From contig JBGCFM010000215.1 in the NCBI GenBank assembly GCA_045106895.1, positions 1 to 23,045 on the forward strand: a DNA stretch of 23,045 nt. Direction: 5' to 3'. The translations under genes were made by a program, and so were the position numbers. The stretch comes from Polyangiales bacterium (GTDB lineage: Bacteria; Myxococcota_A; Polyangia; Polyangiales; Houyiibacteriaceae). Shown in pieces: positions 17,864 to 23,045 of this stretch. The notes beneath the pieces were generated by a model, which had not been told where the DNA came from, did not search any database, and saw only the letters and a list, made by a program, of their open reading frames with translations. Every line of letters starts with the position of its first letter. Within the stretch, counting starts at the first letter, position 1.

Positions 17864-18946
17864 ATGTTGAAGAGCAAACTCAAAGCGATGGATGAGGCGA
17901 TGCGGTCGATCGAGAAGCAGTTTGGGAAGGGCAGCATCATGCGCCTGGGCGAGAGGCGCGTGGAAGTGGTCGATACGATCTCTACGAGCTGCCCAAGTCT
18001 CGATGAAGCCCTTGGAATAGGTGGGTATCCGAAGGGGCGCGTCGTCGAGATCTTTGGACCCGAAGCCAGCGGCAAGACCACGCTCACGCTCCACGCCATC
18101 GCGGAGTGTCAGCGCGCAGGTGGAGTGGCCGCCTTCATCGACGCCGAGCATGCGCTGGATGTGCAGTACGCGTCGGCGCTTGGCGTGGACACGGCGAGCC
18201 TCCTGGTGAGCCAGCCCGATACCGGCGAGCAGGCACTTGAGATCGCCGAGACCTTGGTTCGTTCGGGTGCGGTGGATCTCGTCGTTATCGACTCCGTCGC
18301 CGCGCTCGTGCCGCGGGCGGAAATCGAAGGCGAGATGGGGGACACGCATGTGGGACTCCAAGCGCGCCTCATGAGCCAGGCGCTTCGAAAGCTCACGGGG
18401 ATCACGCACCGAACCGGGACGACCTTGATGTTCATCAACCAGCTGCGCATGAAGATCGGCGTGATGTTCGGCTCCCCGGAGACGACGACCGGAGGAAACG
18501 CGCTGAAGTACTACGCGTCGGTTCGCCTCGACGTCCGCCGCATCGGAAGCGTGAAGAGCGGCGAAGCCCACATTGGAAACCGGACGCGCGTGAAAGTGGT
18601 GAAGAACAAAATGGCGCCGCCTTTCAAGAAGGCTGAGTTCGACATTCGTTATGGAACGGGCATCGACGCCGTTGGTGACTTGCTCGATACGGCCGTCGAA
18701 GCGGGTCTCGTCGAGAAGGCCGGGGCGTACTATCGCTTCGGCGGCGAGAACATCGGTCAAGGTCGAGAGAAGGCACGGGCTTCCTTGATTGGGAGCGAGG
18801 AGCTTCGCACAAAGATCAAAGCTCGCCTCGCGCCCAAGGAGACAGTGGCGGTGCAAGGGGGAGCACAGGTGAAGTCAGCGACGAAGCAGGCTTCCGCGAA
18901 ACAGGCTTCTGCAAAGCAGGCGGTGAAGACTCAGAAAGCCGCGTAA
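17864..18946 (+). CDS. recA: Recombinase RecA
   Basis: ATG at 17864; [20 protein letters not shown] Walker [61 protein letters not shown]. Confidence 0.97.
   Translation: MLKSKLKAMDEAMRSIEKQFGKGSIMRLGERRVEVVDTISTSCPSLDEALGIGGYPKGRVVEIFGPEASGKTTLTLHAIAECQRAGGVAAFIDAEHALDVQYASALGVDTASLLVSQPDTGEQALEIAETLVRSGAVDLVVIDSVAALVPRAEIEGEMGDTHVGLQARLMSQALRKLTGITHRTGTTLMFINQLRMKIGVMFGSPETTTGGNALKYYASVRLDVRRIGSVKSGEAHIGNRTRVKVVKNKMAPPFKKAEFDIRYGTGIDAVGDLLDTAVEAGLVEKAGAYYRFGGENIGQGREKARASLIGSEELRTKIKARLAPKETVAVQGGAQVKSATKQASAKQASAKQAVKTQKAA
18884..18922 (+). repeat. 15-bp tandem repeat (~2.6 copies) encoding KQASA in the RecA C-terminal tail
   Basis: AAGCAGGCTTCCGCG AAACAGGCTTCTGCA AAGCAGGCG. Confidence 0.8.
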
Positions 18947-18972
18947 GCCGCAGGGCCGGTGTAGCGAGAGAG

Positions 18973-20841
18973 CTACATCGGTCCTGGGCATGCCCACTCA
19001 AACCCGATTCGCCGCAGTCGCGGGGCGGCGTCGCGGTTGGCAGTTTCGAGGACCGCCTCCACTTCGACGACACCACCATTCGGGTAGTCCGTCGTGACCA
19101 TGGTGGTGTCGCGGTCCGCGACGAGCAGAGTCTCAAACTCTCCGAGTGAACCCTCGTCCTCGCCGTGACGAGCGTTGAGGGTGATGGTCCCGCCGGCGAA
19201 GTTCGCCGTGACCCGGACCGCGCCCCAGTCCGTCGCGCCGTCTGCGCAGCCGCGAAAGATGTGACGCGCTGCGCCGCGTTCGACAAAGGCGCCGCGTCGT
19301 TTCGCGCCGGTCAGGTCCCCTTGGGTGTGTGGTCCTCGGCCCACGGGGAGCTCTACGCGCTCGCCGGTATCTCGTCGCACGGCGGTCGCGAGGCCCGCGC
19401 CACTGATGTGCCCGCGTGAGCTCGCGATCCACACGTGTGATTCGGTCACGCCCACCCCAATGGACTCGAGGGCGTCTCCGAGCTCATGCGTCGATACGAG
19501 GCGTAGAGGGTGAGTGACGAGCTCGGACATGAGGCCGGAGGTGTGGGCGACGAAGAGCGAAGTGCCGCGGGTCACGGCGCCGCGAGGGCTAGGAGGCGTC
19601 GCGAGGGTCACGTAGTGATCGGCGATGGGGTCGTAGACGATGACCTGGTCGCACCCAAACCCCGTCATCGCCACGCGACCCTCGTCGTCGATGGCGAGCC
19701 CGTAGAGCTCGAAGCACGCGAGGGGAACTTCGCGGATCACCGGAGGGGCGTTTAGGTCAAAGCGGTCGAGGGAGAGCAGGAGCCCATCGCGGGAGATTCC
19801 CCAGAGCGTTCCTTGGGAGTCGAAGGCAAACGCGTAAGGTTGAAATCCAGGTACCTCGATGGTGTCGAGGACCTCAAGGCTTAGGCCATCGACGTGCAGG
19901 ATACGTTCGGCGTCGTGAAGTCCAATCCAGAGGTCGCCGCCGCTCGAGCCGTCGATGCCCGCGTTGCCGTCCACAGCGAGGGCCCGTGGGAGGTCGCCAT
20001 CGCCGCCCACATCCGCGCTCCGAAGGATGCACTCGTCGCCATCGACGAGCTCACTCCCCAACGAGGTGTCGATGCTGCCGCTGGCGTCGGCGTCGATGCA
20101 GGACGCTGTGTCGCCGGCGACCAACATGACCTCTCCGACGCCCCCGAAGTTGCGACCGAGGACCCAAGCGTCTCCGTCGTAGTTGACGGCGACGCGACTG
20201 GGGTCGCGGCCAACACGGAACCGGCCGTTCTCTTCAAGCGTCGTCGCGTCGATGCGACTCAAGGTGCTGTCGTCACTGTTCGCGACCCAGACTTGGCCTT
20301 CGGAGAGAGCCTCAAAACGTAGCGTGAGCCAACCACGGGTCGTGACATCGGTTTCTTCGCCAGCGACGAAAGGGGCGTCGCCTTCGCCCCACACTCCGCC
20401 GATGCATCCGGGGGTGCAGCCGCCACACGGTGACGCGACGCCTTCGTCGACTTCGCCATCGCAGTCCTGATCCACGCCGTCACAGAACTCGCCCTGGGGA
20501 CCGACCGCGCCGTCGCACAGACCCCAGAAGCCGTTGACGCAACGGGCGCGGCCCCCGACACACATGCCGACGCCGATGGACTCCGCGGCGCCAGGGAAAC
20601 AGTCCGCAGCGGACCCGACGAGGCAAGGACAGCCGGTGAGCAGTGGATCGGCGGCGCAGTCCGGTGGGTCGCCGTCGCAGCGCACGTTGCGCAGTGGGTT
20701 CGTGTCGTCGCAGTCGACGCCGCTCTCGCATCCCTCGCCATAGCCGTCGAGGTCGTTGTCGAGGCACGTGGAGGTGTTGTCGCCGCACTGGGTGAGCGCG
20801 CAGGCGAGGAGTAGCGCAACAGCGATGGCCCATGGCTTCAC
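18973..20841 (-). CDS. Lipoprotein with Cys-rich/MopE-type N-terminus and beta-propeller-like C-terminal region
   Basis: MKPWAIAVALLLACALTQ-C signal; DNDLDGYG..DCDD and EFCDGVDQDCDGEVDEG repeats; VWVANSDDSTLSRID, DPSRVAVNYDGDAWV, PRALAVD blades. Confidence 0.83.
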   Translation of the reverse strand: MKPWAIAVALLLACALTQCGDNTSTCLDNDLDGYGEGCESGVDCDDTNPLRNVRCDGDPPDCAADPLLTGCPCLVGSAADCFPGAAESIGVGMCVGGRARCVNGFWGLCDGAVGPQGEFCDGVDQDCDGEVDEGVASPCGGCTPGCIGGVWGEGDAPFVAGEETDVTTRGWLTLRFEALSEGQVWVANSDDSTLSRIDATTLEENGRFRVGRDPSRVAVNYDGDAWVLGRNFGGVGEVMLVAGDTASCIDADASGSIDTSLGSELVDGDECILRSADVGGDGDLPRALAVDGNAGIDGSSGGDLWIGLHDAERILHVDGLSLEVLDTIEVPGFQPYAFAFDSQGTLWGISRDGLLLSLDRFDLNAPPVIREVPLACFELYGLAIDDEGRVAMTGFGCDQVIVYDPIADHYVTLATPPSPRGAVTRGTSLFVAHTSGLMSELVTHPLRLVSTHELGDALESIGVGVTESHVWIASSRGHISGAGLATAVRRDTGERVELPVGRGPHTQGDLTGAKRRGAFVERGAARHIFRGCADGATDWGAVRVTANFAGGTITLNARHGEDEGSLGEFETLLVADRDTTMVTTDYPNGGVVEVEAVLETANRDAAPRLRRIGFEWACPGPM

Positions 20842-20890
20842 CGTTGAAGCTTAGGGCACATCGCCGGCGCGCGCACGAGCAGCTGTGCTC

Positions 20891-22390
20891 CTACGAAGAG
20901 CGCAAGATGCGGCGCGTCTCCTGGGTCATCTCGGTCTTCTTGTGACGGTCGAGGACCCGGTATTGAATGGCCTCGGCGACGTCCGCAGCTTCGATTTGAG
21001 TTCGGCCCTGGAGGCAGGCGATGGTGAGACCGACGCGAAGCGCTTTGACGTAGGCACGGGCGCTGAGTCCGAGAGCGTCGCATGCGCGGTCGAGGAGAGA
21101 GAGGCCCGCCTCATTCGCGAGAGCTAAGAGATGCTCCAGGCTCTCGTCGCTCGGGCGCATGGCCCGGGCTTCGGCGACGCGGGCGGCGATCGCCGCGGAG
21201 GATTCACCACGCTCCTCACTTCGAATCGCGCGTGCTGGCACCCGCCGCACGACGAGGTGCATGTCGAAGCGGTCGATGAGGGGGCCGCTCACGCGACCGC
21301 GGTAGCGTTCGATCTTCTCGTAGTGGCAGCGACACACTCGTTCGGGGTCGCCGGCGTAGCCGCAGGGACACGGGTTCATGGCGGCGACGACGAGGGGGGC
21401 GGCGGGCATGAGGGCCGACTGCTTTGCCCGCGCGATGCGCACTTCGCCGCGCTCCATGGTCGTGCGGAACGTCTCGATGACGTGGCGGGGAAACTCCGGG
21501 AGCTCATCCAAGAAGAGCACGCCACCGTGCGCGAGGGTGACCTCGCCCGGACGAATCGGTTCGCCACCGCCGATCATCGCGACGGCGCTCGCTGTATGAT
21601 GAGGGGCCCGAAATGGACGCTCTCCCCAGGCGCGAAAGCGGCCGGCGGTGGACGCGATGGCGGCCATGGTCACGGCATCGTCGTTGGACGGAGGCGGCAT
21701 AATCGAAGCGATGCGACTGGCCAGCATCGTCTTTCCGGCGCCGGGCGGACCCATCATGAGGAGGTGGTGACCCCCGGCGGCGGCGATCTCAAGGGCGCGG
21801 CGCGCCGCCGGTTGGCCACGCACGTCCGCCATGTCGACGGCGCTCACGCTGGTTGTAGAAGGCGCCGCCTCCGCCAGGGGCAGCGCTTCGACTTCGGCGA
21901 TATGATCGAGGACCTCGCGGATGTTTCGGGCGCTGCGGACTTCAATACCGGGCGCGAAGGCGCCTTCACTGGCGTTGCCGGCGGGGATAATCGCTTTCCG
22001 CAGCCCTCGTTGGGCGGCGCCGGCGAGCTGAGCCACGACGCCGCGCACGGGACGCAGGTCCCCGGTGAGGGAGAGCTCTCCAAGGACGAGGGTGTCCGGC
22101 ATGACGTCGATACGCCCATTGCTCGCCAGGACGGCGAGGGCGATGGCAAGGTCATAGTGTGCGCCGCTCTTCCGCAAGTTGCCTGGAGCGAGGTTGATGA
22201 CGAGGTGCTGTTTGGGAAAACCAAAACCCACGGACTCAAGCGCTGCGCGCACTCGAACGCGACTCTCTCGTACGCCGCGCTCCGGCAGCCCGACGATGTC
22301 GACGGTGGGCAAACCTGTGCCGGTTCTGGCTTCGATGAACACTGGACGCGCTTGGATTCCGACGAGGCAGCCGGCATGAAACATGGTCAT
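20891..22390 (-). CDS. comM: YifB/ComM family Mg-chelatase-like AAA+ ATPase
   Basis: IVGLPERGVRESRVRVRAA, INLAPGNLRKSG, GELSLTG, GPPGAGKTMLA, PFRAPHHTAS, PGEVTLAHGGVLFLDELPEF, AMNPCPCG, SGPLIDRFD. Start 22390 or 22384. Confidence 0.93.
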   Translation of the reverse strand: MTMFHAGCLVGIQARPVFIEARTGTGLPTVDIVGLPERGVRESRVRVRAALESVGFGFPKQHLVINLAPGNLRKSGAHYDLAIALAVLASNGRIDVMPDTLVLGELSLTGDLRPVRGVVAQLAGAAQRGLRKAIIPAGNASEGAFAPGIEVRSARNIREVLDHIAEVEALPLAEAAPSTTSVSAVDMADVRGQPAARRALEIAAAGGHHLLMMGPPGAGKTMLASRIASIMPPPSNDDAVTMAAIASTAGRFRAWGERPFRAPHHTASAVAMIGGGEPIRPGEVTLAHGGVLFLDELPEFPRHVIETFRTTMERGEVRIARAKQSALMPAAPLVVAAMNPCPCGYAGDPERVCRCHYEKIERYRGRVSGPLIDRFDMHLVVRRVPARAIRSEERGESSAAIAARVAEARAMRPSDESLEHLLALANEAGLSLLDRACDALGLSARAYVKALRVGLTIACLQGRTQIEAADVAEAIQYRVLDRHKKTEMTQETRRILRSS

Positions 22391-22465
22391 GCGGGAGTTA
22401 CTTCAAAGACCGCGCCGGAGCTCGCTGCGCAAAAGTCCCGAAGACGCTCAGGCAAGCTTTGAGTC

Positions 22466-22492
22466 TTCGCCGACGTTCGCCGGCGTTCGCCG
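22466..22492. repeat. Three 10-bp-periodic TTCGCCG repeats upstream of comM
   Basis: TTCGCCG at 22466, 22476 and 22486. Confidence 0.7.
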
Positions 22493-22513
22493 GAATCAAG
22501 AGTCGCTTAAACG

Positions 22514-22543
22514 AAAAAAGGCGACCCAAAGGCCGCCTTTCTT
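22514..22543 (-). terminator. Rho-independent terminator after the gene ending at 22557
   Basis: Minus strand reads AAAGGCGGCC-TTTG-GGTCGCC-TTTTTT: GC stem with a G-U pair, then a U-tract, about 14 nt past the stop. Confidence 0.85.
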
Positions 22544-22556
22544 ACGTCGATGTGAA

Positions 22557-23045
22557 CTAGTTCACGGTGCAGGTCGGATTCACGCAGACCTGCTGGCCCG
22601 CGCCTTCGTCACCGTCACGGTCGTAGCAGACGTAACCACCAAGGCCGGCGCTGACGCACTGGCTGGTGTCGCTGCAAGGCAGCTGACAGGTGGAGTCCAC
22701 GGCGTCACAAACCAGCGCCGTACCGTTGAGGTTTCCAGTGGCACAGATGCCCGAGTCCGCTCCGCCACAACCGGTGCCGACGAAGACCTCGCTGGCGCCT
22801 GCGCCTGCGGTCTGGAGACACTCGAGGCGAATCAGTGAGCCGGTGCTCGGTTCCGCTCCGGTGCGGAAGCTTACGCGCTGTTCGCAGTTTTCCTCGCCAA
22901 TGTTGGACTCGTAGAACCAACCGGTTCCGAGGCCTTCACACTCAGGGTTGCTGTCGAGGTTGTTGCCAGCGGCGTCCACCTGACAGACGGTGCAAACTTG
23001 ACGACCGTCTTCGTCCGTCTCTCGGAAGAAGCGGCCTCGGTCAGC
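22557..23045 (-). CDS. C-terminal part of a Cys-rich, probably secreted protein (5' end outside the window)
   Basis: Frame is open from 23045 (ADRGRFFRETDEDGRQVCTVCQVDAAG...) to the stop at 22557; Cys-rich tail CSDTSQC...CVNPTC; followed by a terminator. Confidence 0.8.
   Translation of the reverse strand, partial: ADRGRFFRETDEDGRQVCTVCQVDAAGNNLDSNPECEGLGTGWFYESNIGEENCEQRVSFRTGAEPSTGSLIRLECLQTAGAGASEVFVGTGCGGADSGICATGNLNGTALVCDAVDSTCQLPCSDTSQCVSAGLGGYVCYDRDGDEGAGQQVCVNPTCTVN

Noticed and set aside
824..22462. Many long antisense or alternate-frame ORFs (e.g. 824..1990+, 1896..2846+, 14059..15408-, 17477..18856-, 21131..22462+)
   Set aside because: They overlap well-supported genes and lack family motifs; such ORFs are expected from stop-codon scarcity in high-GC coding DNA.

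Overview
GC-rich bacterial chromosomal segment. The MYXO-CTERM motif, many Cys-rich lipoproteins with DAG-rich tethers and MopE-type repeats point to Myxococcota, probably Polyangiales/Sandaracinaceae-like (inference). I support 16 CDSs. In order: a TlpA-like CxxC lipoprotein missed by the ORF track (runs off the left edge), a Cys-rich lipoprotein, an alpha/beta hydrolase, a YyaL/SSP411 protein, an ABC1/UbiB kinase, an FAD oxidoreductase plus a polytopic 4Fe-4S protein, a small hypothetical, a steroid 5-alpha-reductase-like gene, a ~1757-aa Cys-rich surface protein, an SDR/3-beta-HSD-like gene, an SprA-related protein, recA, a beta-propeller lipoprotein, comM/yifB, and the 3' end of another Cys-rich protein. 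Best novelty candidate: the giant ORF carries an internal MYXO-CTERM sorting signal followed in frame by a second, lipoprotein-type signal peptide, so it looks like two surface proteins encoded as one polyprotein. Other highlights are a ~160-bp MITE-like element at the CTAG containing a stop codon, an SDR with YxxxK changed to HxxxM, -10 boxes 6-7 nt before several start codons (leaderless-like), and a similar 10-bp-periodic motif upstream of both recA and comM. No CRISPR, rRNA or tRNA was seen. All family assignments come from motif recognition, not database searches.
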